Source: a virus
Taxonomy: Duplodnaviria > Caudoviricetes
Strand: one strand, 5' to 3'
Virus record (IMG/VR): IMGVR_UViG_3300021431_000005
Coordinates: 53,053 to 117,052 of that record
DNA: 64,000 nucleotides
The translations under genes and the position numbers were made by a program. A model generated the notes under the pieces. That model saw nothing but the letters and a program-made list of their open reading frames with translations, searched no databases and was not told the DNA's origin. Below, piece after piece: positions 21,138-31,949 of the stretch. Position 1 is the first letter of the stretch. Every line of letters starts with the position of its first letter.

Positions 21138-22874
21138 TCATTTTCGTATTTTCGGCTTCCTGTAAAAGAAGTCGCAAGTGTTGCGTATGGATTCTCTTTG
21201 CTTCTTGCTTATATCTCTTTCAAGTTCACAAGCGATATAGTTTGCATAAGCAAGAGAAGAATATCTGTCTTTTCTGTCATTGCCTTTTTCACTAAGTTTA
21301 ACCTTTGCTCCAACGACCTCGTATTTAAGATTTATTATTTCGTTAATCATAAGCGAGGTCTGAATGTAAGGCATCATTAACTCTGTTTTCTTTTCGGGAG
21401 ACAGATTCTTAAATCCTTTGAGAGTATTAAGATAAGCGTCAGCCTCTTGCTCTGTAATAAGCAGCCTGAGTTTACCACGCTTAATATTATCTTTGAGTAA
21501 TGATGCACAATCACTATTGAATTGTGCCGAACCCTTTATACAATAAAGTATTTTAGGCGGGTTAGAAGAATTGCCTTTATAGTGTTCTGCCATTTCATCA
21601 TTATTCTTACAGGTCACAGCAGGATATGTTTCGCCAGTATCAGGATCAATCAAATCTTTCATTAATTCGTCCACTACGCCCATACCAACGCCTTGCGCAT
21701 CTATGCCCATATAGTCACAATTTAATTCCTCAAATATCTGTCTGATTCTTATTGCCTGCGTTTCAGAATGACCACCCTCGAAGTTTTCAAGGTAAAGAAT
21801 ATTTCTTATATACTGATCGTTCTTTGTAGGCAACAATTGCATAACAGTTATCGAAGTAGCATCATTCTTTCTTTTCTTGCTGCCCATAACAGCAATGTCG
21901 GCAACTACAATTCTTATTTCGCCATTCTGTTTAATAGGAAGTCTTAGTTCTTTTGTTGGCAAATTATCTGTAGTTGTTGGTAAATAAAATGCGTTTTGAA
22001 CTTTTCTTGCGTAAACAAGTTCTTCATAATTGAAATACGCATCTTCACTTTCGCCATACCACAAACATTCGTTTTCCATTGCAAAGGAAACAGAGTTAAA
22101 GCTTGCCTCAGACATTTCATCCTCGATTTCCTCGCGCATAAGTATTCCCTCCTTTATCGAAAGCTGATAAGGAAGTCCACAGACAAAATATGATTTCTTA
22201 TCATTAAGCATATTGCCTGCGTATGATTTGACGTGTTCCCACGCCCAATGCTTTTTAAACCATGCAGAACTTAAAAAGATTTGCTTATTTCTTTCTTTAA
22301 GGTGTGCATATTCCGGCTTGTTTAAATATCCTGCTTCCCTTGATGAAGTCAGGAACTTTTTCAGAACGGTATCAACAATATGTTTCTTGACCATTCTGAA
22401 TTCATCTACTATCAGTATATTAGCACGATTGTGTCTGCCATTATCACTTGCAGTTACCGTCTTAACATAAGACCCATTCCTAAAAATGATAAAAGCACCA
22501 CTGGTATTATTTTTGTACTCCAATATCTCGTTTCTTAACAACGCTGATCTTGGCATTAGTGTTAGAATAATTTTGCTTATTATTTCAGCCGACTGTTCTC
22601 GGCTTCCTGCCGAAATACAAATCTGTGTATTTGGGTAAAGAATACAACGTACACAACAAAAGATTGCAGTCAACAAGGATTTACCCTGTCCGCGACTGGC
22701 GATATATGTAAACTTCGCACATATATTCATCATTACAAGAAGAATACATTGAAAAGTTTTTAATCTTACGCCTAGATAATCTTCTGCGAATCTGTGTGGG
22801 TTAGCTCTATAATAACCACACCATTTATTTACAGCTTTCATTTGGCGTTCTTTGTCTTTAGACCAATTTCTCAA
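21138..22874 (-). CDS. Terminase large subunit
   Basis: Walker A ASRGQGKS, Walker B ILIVDEFR, LSSA coupling motif, RNase H-like ADIA...KDRYSS. Confidence 0.92.
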   Translation of the reverse strand: MRNWSKDKERQMKAVNKWCGYYRANPHRFAEDYLGVRLKTFQCILLVMMNICAKFTYIASRGQGKSLLTAIFCCVRCILYPNTQICISAGSREQSAEIISKIILTLMPRSALLRNEILEYKNNTSGAFIIFRNGSYVKTVTASDNGRHNRANILIVDEFRMVKKHIVDTVLKKFLTSSREAGYLNKPEYAHLKERNKQIFLSSAWFKKHWAWEHVKSYAGNMLNDKKSYFVCGLPYQLSIKEGILMREEIEDEMSEASFNSVSFAMENECLWYGESEDAYFNYEELVYARKVQNAFYLPTTTDNLPTKELRLPIKQNGEIRIVVADIAVMGSKKRKNDATSITVMQLLPTKNDQYIRNILYLENFEGGHSETQAIRIRQIFEELNCDYMGIDAQGVGMGVVDELMKDLIDPDTGETYPAVTCKNNDEMAEHYKGNSSNPPKILYCIKGSAQFNSDCASLLKDNIKRGKLRLLITEQEADAYLNTLKGFKNLSPEKKTELMMPYIQTSLMINEIINLKYEVVGAKVKLSEKGNDRKDRYSSLAYANYIACELERDISKKQRESIRNTCDFFYRKPKIRK

Positions 22875-23950
22875 GACTCATCACCGCCAAATATATTTTC
22901 AATATCATAGCCCAGTTCGTCATCGTCTTCGTAACTCGGAGGTTCAACGGTGTACTTAGAAATCTCTGAATTGTATTCCGCTTCAAATGCTTCTGTATAC
23001 TTATTCTTGATTCCAAACATTTTGCAGAAACAACCCAAAAACCAAACTATAATATATCTCTTGATACCATCAACATCTCTAAATCGTTCGTCGGGTTCGT
23101 CAATTGGTTCCTCGTCCTCCCATTCTTTGATTTTTAAACCAAAGCATTGATTGTCGGTCAACATCTCATTGTCTGATTTCTGTTTGGGTTGTAAGTTCGC
23201 CGAGGATAAACTTGCATTAAACTGATTGACCAATTTAGAAATATCATTTCCTTCTTCAAGAGCCTTTTGCATTTGTAATTGAATTAGACATATATTCTTA
23301 ATAATTGTTTTTTGAGTAATCTCTTCACACTCAACGTCTTGCGACCATTCTTTGTATTTTGTGTCTAAGAAATGATACCCCTTGTCGTCAAGTCCGAAAC
23401 CCCAAAAATCTCTGGTTTCCTGAGATACATCATACACCTCGACATCGGGCGCCATCTTGTATATCTCGGTAGCAGATTTTTCAATGTCTTCAAGCACATT
23501 GTCTGAATAAGTTTTATCAGCTAACGCCGCTCTATTGTTTAGCAAAGTGATATACTTTGTAACACGGTTTCCGTCATTAGAATCTTGGAATGCCTGTTCT
23601 GCCAAATAGTCATTGTAATAAATATCAAGAATCTGACATATGCGCCGATAAGTGTCGTGATAATCCGGAAACGCAATTTTAGTCACGTTGAATAAAGCAT
23701 TGCAACAGTCATTGCAATACGGCATTCTCATATGATTGTTTGCGTGTAGAAAGTGATTGCTCTTTGGGAACAATCCCGCATTGTCGCTGTCCTTGCCACA
23801 AGAACAACAATGAAATGTATTTTGTGCAGCGTCGCCCGCCTGAATACGCAATATGTCTTCATTCATTTGCTTGACACTTTTACGCACATAAGATCCCTTA
23901 GACCCCTTGGGTCTACCAACGGGCTTCTTGGTTAAATCCTGTTTGGGCAT
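22871..23950 (-). CDS. Zn-finger protein upstream of terminase (possible small terminase)
   Basis: CCSC and CNDC; true start MPKQD after AAAGGTGG SD (upstream extension overlaps tRNA-Tyr). Confidence 0.6.
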   Translation of the reverse strand: MPKQDLTKKPVGRPKGSKGSYVRKSVKQMNEDILRIQAGDAAQNTFHCCSCGKDSDNAGLFPKSNHFLHANNHMRMPYCNDCCNALFNVTKIAFPDYHDTYRRICQILDIYYNDYLAEQAFQDSNDGNRVTKYITLLNNRAALADKTYSDNVLEDIEKSATEIYKMAPDVEVYDVSQETRDFWGFGLDDKGYHFLDTKYKEWSQDVECEEITQKTIIKNICLIQLQMQKALEEGNDISKLVNQFNASLSSANLQPKQKSDNEMLTDNQCFGLKIKEWEDEEPIDEPDERFRDVDGIKRYIIVWFLGCFCKMFGIKNKYTEAFEAEYNSEISKYTVEPPSYEDDDELGYDIENIFGGDES

Positions 23951-23977
23951 AACGCCACCACCTTTCTTTCGTAATAA

Positions 23978-24061
23978 TGGGGAGGGTTGGACTCGAACCA
24001 ACAACGTTTCTAATGTCACGGTTTTACAGACCGCTTGCTTCACCAATTTGCATACCGCCCC
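23978..24061 (-). tRNA. tRNA-Tyr(GTA)
   Basis: Cloverleaf; anticodon arm GCGGT-ctGTAaa-ACCGT; long variable arm; GTTCGAG T-loop. Confidence 0.88.
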
Positions 24062-24182
24062 AAAAATAAAGAGCCAGCACAACGCTGACTCAGCTATATA
24101 GCTTATTAAAAACCTTTCGAGTTTGCCACCTAATAGTGAGATAGTTACTGTCGAAAGATTGCTGTCATGAGTAAATTAGTAT

Positions 24183-24961
24183 TTAATCCTGCTCAATCAC
24201 AGGGAGAATGTTTTGTTCCTTTAGTTTTTCATATAGAAATAATCTTCCCTTTTGTGTCCAATAAGTATGCACCCAAGAACGCTCTCCATTTTGACCCGTC
24301 TTAGTTTTTGTGTATCCTTTATCGGCATACTTCTGATACAATACCCAAGTATCACCGACTTTGTACTGTATGCCATTATCATGCAACCACTTGTTTAACC
24401 AGTTCGCAGATTCACCATAGTCTTTTGCAATCTGAGTTACCGAAAGAACATCTTTTGTTTGAAGCACAAGATCGTAGTATGTAACCTTGGGTTCATACTC
24501 TGCAATCTGTTGTGCCTGAATTGCATTTTCGGCTTCAAGCTCCTTGCGTCTTTGACGTTCTTCTTTTAGTGCAGTCAAAGCCTCGATTGCAAGGTCTGGA
24601 TTATTTATTATTTCATCAATTGCAAATAGTCCATGCCTGCGAATGGACGGAAGAACCTCACTTGTTACCCAATGCTTGAATTTTTTGGCATCGGGCAATT
24701 TGCTTGAAAGGATAAGACTATACAGACCGCTTTCGTTAATAAGCCAACCGCCACGCTGTCCGAGATTAAGATTGCAACTCAATAGCGTTTTGCTATTGAG
24801 TTTATCTTCTATATCAACATGATCTCCTATTGCTTCATTAGGATTACTATACCCAAGAATAGCAGCTACATCTTTTCCAACAAACCACGGTTCGCTGTCA
24901 ACACTTATCGTTCTTACACTACCAAATTCTTCATTCTCAAATACTTTTACAATTTCATTCA
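24183..24961 (-). CDS. BRO-N / KilA-C (ANT) antirepressor
   Basis: EPWFVGKDVA, INESGLYSLILSS, FKHWVTSEVLPSIRR; C-terminal TQIAKDYG, WTQKGRLF. Confidence 0.92.
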
Positions 24962-25054
24962 TAATCATTTCTCCTTTAATAATATATATATCAAAGGTGG
25001 ATGAGAAAGTTCCCCGTAATTCCATTACTGACACACAGTCAGCCTATGATTATT

Positions 25055-25765
25055 TTACATTTTATCTGCCCACGCCGATAGTTCGCCCCTGTAATTCTTA
25101 GATAAGTGACACACCCTTGCCCACTCTTTATCCTTAAAGTGGTCGATACATTTAACAAGTCCAGAATCCTCGGGCTTGATTCCTTGAATTTGTAAGGTTG
25201 AACCAATAACACACACATAACAATCATCATGACAGCGAGTGAGAACTGCCTTTAATTGCTCTTTGGTCATGCACTGCGCTTCGTCAATGATTATAAACTT
25301 CTTAGAAAAATCGCTACCAAGAATATACACATCGGTCATTGTTGTAAAAATTCCCGTTCCCATTTTCTGATTTATGTAAGTATCATCATTGATAACCGCC
25401 ACCGGGTTCTCTCCTAAATTGATTAAGGTGTGTACTAACGGAGCCATGTAGGGTGCTTCCTTGTTTTGCTTTTCGCCCGGAAGGAAGCCTAGTCTGCCTT
25501 CGGAACTCGGTGTTCTTATATAATAAGCTTCATTACATATACCATACTTTACATACATCAATGCAACCGCAACCGCAAGAGTTGTTTTACCTGAACCGGC
25601 CACTGCGTCAGCCACAACTAACCTCACGTTTCTATCCCAAAGGCTGTCTCGATAGTATAACTGTTCGGGATCAGAACAGTCGAGACCGTAAAAGGGATGG
25701 TCTTTAAGTGTTAAAGGGGGATTGCCGTAAAGACTCTGTGCATTTTTCTTTGTATTCTTTGCCAT
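25055..25765 (-). CDS. phoH: PhoH family ATPase
   Basis: AGSGKT, LGFLPG, IIDEAQ, LTR motifs. Confidence 0.9.
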   Translation of the reverse strand: MAKNTKKNAQSLYGNPPLTLKDHPFYGLDCSDPEQLYYRDSLWDRNVRLVVADAVAGSGKTTLAVAVALMYVKYGICNEAYYIRTPSSEGRLGFLPGEKQNKEAPYMAPLVHTLINLGENPVAVINDDTYINQKMGTGIFTTMTDVYILGSDFSKKFIIIDEAQCMTKEQLKAVLTRCHDDCYVCVIGSTLQIQGIKPEDSGLVKCIDHFKDKEWARVCHLSKNYRGELSAWADKM

Positions 25766-25780
25766 ATTATAACTCCAAAT

Positions 25781-26404
25781 TTATAGTATTTCATCAAGGT
25801 CTTCAAGTATCGTATTGACACATTTGTATTTGAGCTGTTCTTCGGTGGTAAGGAACCAATCCGTCTTTGACTTTCTCGAAAGAATGTTCTTGGGTATCTC
25901 TGACCTTTCAAGAATATAGGCGTATGTTTCATCTATCATTTTTTTGTAAGACTTTGTTCCTTCTTTTACTTCTTCATAGCTGCCTACCACACCGCCAGAA
26001 CCACTGTGAATAAGCATCTGTGATCTTGGCATACAATATCTTTCATGTCCAGCAAGAAGCAAAAGTCCTGCCGCACTATATGCCATATTCATATTTACGG
26101 TGATAACAGGAGTTTTTGACCTTTCAATTATCGCAATAGTTGCAAGCATAGAAACAAGACTTCCACCCTCGCTATTTATAAGAATTACAATCTTCTTTCT
26201 GCCTGCAATCGGAATGCCTTTGTCCTGTCGATTATATTCAAGTATCTGTGTTCCGACCTCATTCAAAAACATCTCGTTAATTTCATAATCCACAACAATT
26301 ATTCTATTGCTAAGATTGTTATAATAGTTTACAAGATCGGGATCGGGCAGCTTGTAATCTGCGGTTTCCTTTGATATGGGGATTGTGATAGTAAAATCTT
26401 CCAT
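25781..26404 (-). CDS. ClpP-like protease subunit
   Basis: INSEGG, AYSAAGLLLLAG (Ser), MLIH (His), DWFL motifs. Confidence 0.88.
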   Translation of the reverse strand: MEDFTITIPISKETADYKLPDPDLVNYYNNLSNRIIVVDYEINEMFLNEVGTQILEYNRQDKGIPIAGRKKIVILINSEGGSLVSMLATIAIIERSKTPVITVNMNMAYSAAGLLLLAGHERYCMPRSQMLIHSGSGGVVGSYEEVKEGTKSYKKMIDETYAYILERSEIPKNILSRKSKTDWFLTTEEQLKYKCVNTILEDLDEIL

Positions 26405-26465
26405 TCTTTACATTTCTCCTTGTGTGGTTTAAAAAATTATTAAGCCCTGCTATCAGAACTTGTGA

Positions 26466-26539
26466 TACGCTCGACAGGAATCGAACCTGTGACCTACACT
26501 TTATCAGAGTGTCGCTCTAGCCGACTGAGCTACAAGCGC
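26466..26539 (-). tRNA. tRNA-Ile(GAT)
   Basis: Cloverleaf GCGCTTG...; anticodon ctGATaa; GGTTCGATTCC. Confidence 0.92.
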
Positions 26540-26547
26540 ATATATAA

Positions 26548-26618
26548 TGGCGAGTTTGGGAGTTGAACCCAAAGCCACGGAATATGAATCCGTAATGTTA
26601 CCTTTACACCAACTCGCA
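26548..26618 (-). tRNA. tRNA with CAT anticodon (Met or Ile2), atypical
   Basis: ACGGA-ttCATat-TCCGT arm; GGTTCAACTCC T-arm; U1.C72 mismatch. Confidence 0.75.
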
Positions 26619-26715
26619 ATAATCGGTTTACCCCTTTCAGACACATCTTACTCAGGGCTATTATCCGTCCGAGAACGATAACTACAATAGTTGCAACCGA
26701 AAACTACTTGACGCA

Positions 26716-26788
26716 TGATCGAGAGGGGATTTGAACCCACTGTTACCAACGTGAAAGGCTGGTGTCTTTACCACTTGACTACTCGACC
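26716..26788 (-). tRNA. tRNA-Glu(TTC)
   Basis: CCAGC-ctTTCac-GTTGG arm; GGTTCAAATCC. Confidence 0.88.
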
Positions 26789-26827
26789 AAAAAGGGGACG
26801 CTGAATAACCAACGTCCCTAAGAAACA

Positions 26828-26895
26828 TGGGGCAGCAACGAGTTATGACCTCCGTATAAAATGCCATGCAATCATGGGCGTACTTATTTGCCGCC
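26828..26895 (-). ncRNA. tRNA-like / pseudo-tRNA element
   Basis: GGCGGCA/TGCTGCC acceptor-like stem, bulged T-arm-like stem, CCATG/CATGG hairpin; no canonical D or anticodon loop. Confidence 0.35.
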
Positions 26896-26990
26896 ATATA
26901 AGTGCAACGGTTATTACCATTGCACCAACAATCATTATGTAATCACGTCGCCTGATTGAATTTGTTGCGATGTTACCTAACGATTGGATT

Positions 26991-27272
26991 TTACTTATTT
27001 ACATCTTCTGCAAGATTAGGCGAAATCTTAAATGTATACTTTACTCTCTCGGGAACAGAAATCATCTCGCCCTTCTTCTGAGGGTTGTTACACATTCTCG
27101 CAGCTCTAATCGTGCGCTTAAAAGTACCGAGACCCTTAATAACAATCTTGTCTTCCTGTGCAGTCATTGCCTCCTGCATAACTTCAATAAAAGCATTCAG
27201 CGCAGTCTCAGTGTTCTCTCTTGTAAAATTTGTCTTCTTAGAAATAGCAGATACAATCTCTTTCTTATTCAT
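26991..27272 (-). CDS. hup: HU family DNA-binding protein
   Basis: MNKKEIV...IKGLGTF...RAARMCNNPQ.GE.I.VP. Confidence 0.9.
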   Translation of the reverse strand: MNKKEIVSAISKKTNFTRENTETALNAFIEVMQEAMTAQEDKIVIKGLGTFKRTIRAARMCNNPQKKGEMISVPERVKYTFKISPNLAEDVNK

Positions 27273-27287
27273 TTTAATCTTCTCCTT

Positions 27288-28520
27288 TTAGTCCAATATA
27301 ATTTTGTGTGTTTCATTCAAGCCCTTGCTCTTATCAAATCCGAGGATCATACAAGCTGGCTTGCTACATTTCAATAGTGATTCGGCGTATGGGTCTCCGC
27401 CAATAAACGAGGGAGTAACTATAACTTCGGTGTCATACATGGTCGCACAATTCCCCGAAGTAACATCGTGATTGTGTCGATGACCTACAAGAACATAGTC
27501 AATAAATTCTCTGCGATATGTTGTAAGTTCTTGAAGCAGAGTATTGGTATTCTTTACAGTATGTCCGTGAGTTGCCACAATTTTATAGTCGAATACAGGA
27601 ATGTCTATATAATATCCCTCTTTGCCTACAAACACTTCTATATTCCCATTAGCAGAAAGAATATCCTTAATGTAATTGTTAATCACAAAAGATATGTCCT
27701 CGCCTGCCAGTTCATTTGCCTTACTACCCAAAGGTCTTATCTGAGTATGATTGGAACGGGGGACACTGTAATATTTTACCCGACAACTCATACTAAGTTC
27801 ATTAAGGAAGTTGGCAATCAGTCTCGATACTCCAACCACGGCTTTTACAACGCTTGTTTCATTCAACTGTACATCCGACATTCTTAACAATCCCTGAATC
27901 TCGTCGCCAAGATTTACTACTGTTAACTCTTTCACGGAGTTCTTCTTAACAAAAGTCACGGACTCATTAAGCAATGTCTCGAATCTACGTTCGCACTCGG
28001 CAATGTTATAAATGTTATTATCAGTTACAAAGTTAGAACCATAGTGAACATCCGCAATAGTAAGTATGTATTTCTTTTCGGTATCGGCATCAGCATTTGC
28101 AGCGTATTTCAATAGACACGGCGGCTCGGGAAATCTTCCTATATCCTTTGCAAGATTCTCATAAAACAATTCCAGTCTTGCACGTTGCCGATTATATCTA
28201 CTGAGTTCAATTTTCTCAGCGTTGATTTTCTGACGTTCAATCTGAAGTTCGTTGATTCGCATGGCTATCTTTTCGGACTCATCATTGATGCCCTCTTTAA
28301 CAAAAACATTTTTATAGAACTGACGAGCGGCTTGGTATCTTTTCCGGAACGCACTTTCGCCCTTATAACAAGAAGTATCATCGCCATAGAGTTGATGGTT
28401 TATGATTGATACAACTGACTCCCAGTTAGTTATATAGCCGTCGTCAACCATGCCACCAATTCTCCAAAGGTATTGGCATTCGTTCTCAGAAGCATTCTTG
28501 TTTAAGTTAACAACGCTCAT
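27288..28520 (-). CDS. Calcineurin-like metallophosphoesterase
   Basis: DVHYG, LGD, SNH, THGH, GHRH motifs. Confidence 0.85.
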   Translation of the reverse strand: MSVVNLNKNASENECQYLWRIGGMVDDGYITNWESVVSIINHQLYGDDTSCYKGESAFRKRYQAARQFYKNVFVKEGINDESEKIAMRINELQIERQKINAEKIELSRYNRQRARLELFYENLAKDIGRFPEPPCLLKYAANADADTEKKYILTIADVHYGSNFVTDNNIYNIAECERRFETLLNESVTFVKKNSVKELTVVNLGDEIQGLLRMSDVQLNETSVVKAVVGVSRLIANFLNELSMSCRVKYYSVPRSNHTQIRPLGSKANELAGEDISFVINNYIKDILSANGNIEVFVGKEGYYIDIPVFDYKIVATHGHTVKNTNTLLQELTTYRREFIDYVLVGHRHNHDVTSGNCATMYDTEVIVTPSFIGGDPYAESLLKCSKPACMILGFDKSKGLNETHKIILD

Positions 28521-28693
28521 GTTATAACCTCTCTGCTTCTAATCTCCTCGATAGCCTGCTCTATTGCTTTGCCCTCTTCACACCAATAAGTCTTGCTACC
28601 CTTGCCTTTTTTGCGTTTTGAACAAACCTTGATTGAAATATTTGGAAATCGTCTCCTGAGTTCAAAACTTTCGTCCTGTGTAATTCTATACAC
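28517..28693 (-). CDS. Small basic hypothetical protein (58 aa)
   Basis: Not in track. AAAGGAG SD, GTG start, (M)YRITQDESFELRRRFPN...; stop overlaps next ATG. Confidence 0.65.
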   Translation of the reverse strand: MYRITQDESFELRRRFPNISIKVCSKRKKGKGSKTYWCEEGKAIEQAIEEIRSREVIT

Positions 28694-28845
28694 GTTTCAT
28701 TTCTCCTTTATTTCTCTTTGTGGAAGAAAGGCTCGTTTATCTTCCTCCCCTAATGGGCAAGTTAGCAATTTTCTAAAACCCCCACCATTACTGGGTTTGC
28801 GTTAACCTTAATAATGATGGGGGATACTTTTTTGCCTATTTTTTA

Positions 28846-29834
28846 CTACTTTTTTATTTCTATATAATTAACACCATATAAATGAATGATGCCGCTATCG
28901 TCCTGTCTAAGATACCCGACAGGCTCTTTGCTCCTTAACACCATGTCAAAGAACGCTCCGTTTCTTGAACTAAATAATATATGGAACAGAGACATACTCA
29001 AATCCTTGTTCTCATCCTTTTCAAGTTCTTTGAGTAAGAAGAACATCGTGCTGTTACTTATTTTCATATCAGTAATCGCATTAGAACAGCGCTCTCGGAT
29101 TTCGTTCATTGCTTTAAACTTTTCTTCATTCGTCGAGTTAGAGGCAGAGTAAACCATGTTAACATCGGCTTTCATTTCTCTGACCATTTCAAGAATGCGA
29201 ATAATCTGATCTCGCTTCTGCGCTCCCTTTTTGTATAATGAGCTATCTATTATATCAATGAATGCAACCTGATTTTTTCTGCCGTCCCACCTATATCGTG
29301 GTATATGGAATCTGCGAATAACAGACTGAACGTAGTCCATCGTTGTATTATGCTGTTTGTAATTCTTTCGCTTTGAATTATAATACCCCTTAGACCTTGC
29401 AAGATGTCCAAAGAAGTTTGGTTTTATGTAACGTTGTTTGTTGTCCAACCGCAGGTATTTGTCTTTGAGGATCCCGATTTCTTTTGCGCTATCTAACTGG
29501 TATTCTTTCTTTGCTTTATCAATCTCTACATTAGATAATATTGCCAGTTTCACAATATCATCGTACAACTCTTTGTTGTCCTCAAACGTTTCACCGCTGT
29601 TGATTTTATCCCAGAATAATGTATTAAGCTCTTGTGACAGGTTAACAATCTCTCCAATCTTATTAACACTTGTCCTTATATCAAGGTCGCATTTGTCGGC
29701 ATTATTGTAATAACGTTTTCTTTTGCTTGCTGATACTCTTGAAGTCGGTATAGCAAAGTTATTATAATTTTTCTCAGCAGCATCAATAAGTAGTTTGTTG
29801 TTTGTAAGTAGCATTGTATCGCTATCAAAGTCGC
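28846..29834 (-). CDS. YonO-like single-subunit RNA polymerase, exon 2
   Basis: Starts with (C)DFDSD catalytic motif; IGEIVNLSQ and EIDKAKK motifs. Confidence 0.85.
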
Positions 29835-30144
29835 CATTGAACCCTCGGTTTCCCGATATTTCAGTAGGGGATTAGACTATTTCTTTATCTCAAAGAGATA
29901 CTCGGCACTTCCACCGCAGAATTACACTGCAAGTGTATAGATTTCATCGACCAAATTGGTCGGTATATCTTAGTCGTTACATCTTCAAAGCCGTTACCGG
30001 CAATGCTTGACACGACATTATCATGTGGAACTAAATTATAATTTAGTTCTATTTAGATTCCGTCGTTAGCAGCTTTCGCTACACCCTGTATGTACAGGTT
30101 CACCGAGTTTGCTACCACACGTCGCCGCATGGTGGGGCGCATTC
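29835..30144 (-). mobile_element. Group I intron (ORF-less, 310 nt) in RNA polymerase gene
   Basis: P1 GGGU/GCCC; R GUAACGACUA and S GAAAUAGUCU (canonical P7); terminal G; splicing gives KLNG-C-DFDSD. Confidence 0.88.
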
Positions 30145-31933
30145 ACCCGTTCAACTTTTCAAGCAAATTCTCTCCAATACTATTTACACAAACTATCTCT
30201 TCCGAAAGATGAAAATATCTATCAATCCTCTCATCCGCCACATTATTGGCAAGCAGAATATTCCCTGCACAGATATGCGGACTTCTCGAACCTAATAATC
30301 TTGTTCCATAATCAAATCTAATATTATGTATATTCCCGACACCGAGTTCAGACTCGCCAGTAAATCTCCCAATTGAATGGAGTAACATCTCGTAAGGGTT
30401 GCCGAACAATGTAGAATAGTTGCCGTTGACAAGCACATGACCCGATTGAAGGTTTTTCTTAAACGATATAAGCAAGTCTCTAAGAAAATCGTGATACAGC
30501 TTTGTCTCAACGAAGCGATCATTAAGACCGAGCATCTGATAAATAACATCGTTCTTGTTGTTTATTTCCTCAAATGTTATTTCCTGATTTTCGGGATATT
30601 TGATATGGTTTCTAACTACCGCAGGATTATAGCGCAGGCTTGTCATGTATTCAAACGACTGAGCAAGTAACCGTTCTACTTCTTCGTATGACAACTGTAA
30701 TGTATTCAATAATTGATAGTGAGTCTGCACAAGTCGCCCCTCGAAATAATGAGTTGGCTTCTCATGCTTGACAATTCCAAATGACGTTTCCAAATTATCA
30801 AGCCACTGATCCAATGTTCCAAATTTAAGATATTTAATACTGCTGGGGGTTGTTATAAGCTTTATCTCGTCAATACTTTTCGCCCATGTGTAGCCATTAA
30901 GCTGCGATACATCGGTAATGCCATTGTCGGCAAAAAACTCTTGAATGTGTGTAGAGAACGCCGCAGTTTTAAAGAAGCGGTTTCGTAATAATAGCATTCC
31001 GTACTTCTGATATTTGCCAAACAGAGAATAGTCCATGAGGGTTTGACCGTCCCAAATACTGTTGTCTATTTCTACTTCTTCATTGTTGGTAACGAGTGTT
31101 TCACCGTCAAAAGAAACTGCGGCCGCTTTTGATTTAAATACGCTGTGATAGTCGTCAATGACCAGTATATTCTCGGGCTGTATTTCAACCGTATCAATTA
31201 TACTACTAAGAGTAAGCGATATATATGCTTCGTATGCGGCAAGGTCTATCTCGGCATTGTTCTTTATTCTGAGTCCACAGCATTCCCACTTGTGCATCCT
31301 GCTGTACAACTTCTCGTCAATAAACAAGCATTTACCGACACGACTGCTACCACTACTGCGTTTAAAACGTATGTATTTTATTCCGTCACACAAGAATCCG
31401 TTAGTGTAAAGTTCTTGTCTCAAATCCGCAACTGTATTCAAGACCTCTATGTTGTCCTTGGCTTTGTATTTATTGTCCTCATAATAAAAGAACCGCCCGA
31501 GTTGTTCGTCATCAACAGGGGCGGTTACAGTCGTATTTACTTTTATGGCTATCAGTTCATTGTCTTTTAAACAAACGCAATCATCAAGTTCTATATCATT
31601 TATATCATAACCGAACTTGACGTATGTATCGGCGGTGACTCGATTGTATTCTTTGTTGCTGTAATTAAACGTAACGTTTATGACTCGCTGTGAATATTCC
31701 TTGCCTGAGTCCATAAACGAAAAGCGTTTATTGTGGTAGACCTTTTGATAAACCTCACGAAGTTTAAAAAGGTCAAGACAGTAGTCGAGATCGCCCGAGA
31801 ACTTTTTCAGACTGATAGTTCCGTCACGGCGGCGGATATTATATCCAATAGGGTTGGGTTTGTTATAATGGTTCGCTATGAATATATCTTTGGCATCGAG
31901 GTTAAGGATTTTAATTGACTTTGGTGTACTCAT
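30145..31933 (-). CDS. YonO-like single-subunit (RdRP-fold, double-psi) RNA polymerase, exon 1
   Basis: RSSGSSRVGKCLFI, WDGQ, LLRNRFFK, RSPH motifs; spliced product about 925 aa; SD before ATG 31933. Confidence 0.85.
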
Positions 31934-31949
31934 TCGCATCTCTCCTTTA

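Noticed and set aside
23951-24082. N-terminal extension of the 403-aa ORF; likewise 36831-36980 and 26682-26897
   Set aside because: These frames run through tRNA genes; true starts are downstream or absent
30143-30145. TGA readthrough, alternative genetic code or pseudogene explanation for the split polymerase
   Set aside because: Other genes use standard stops, and a complete group I intron explains the split exactly
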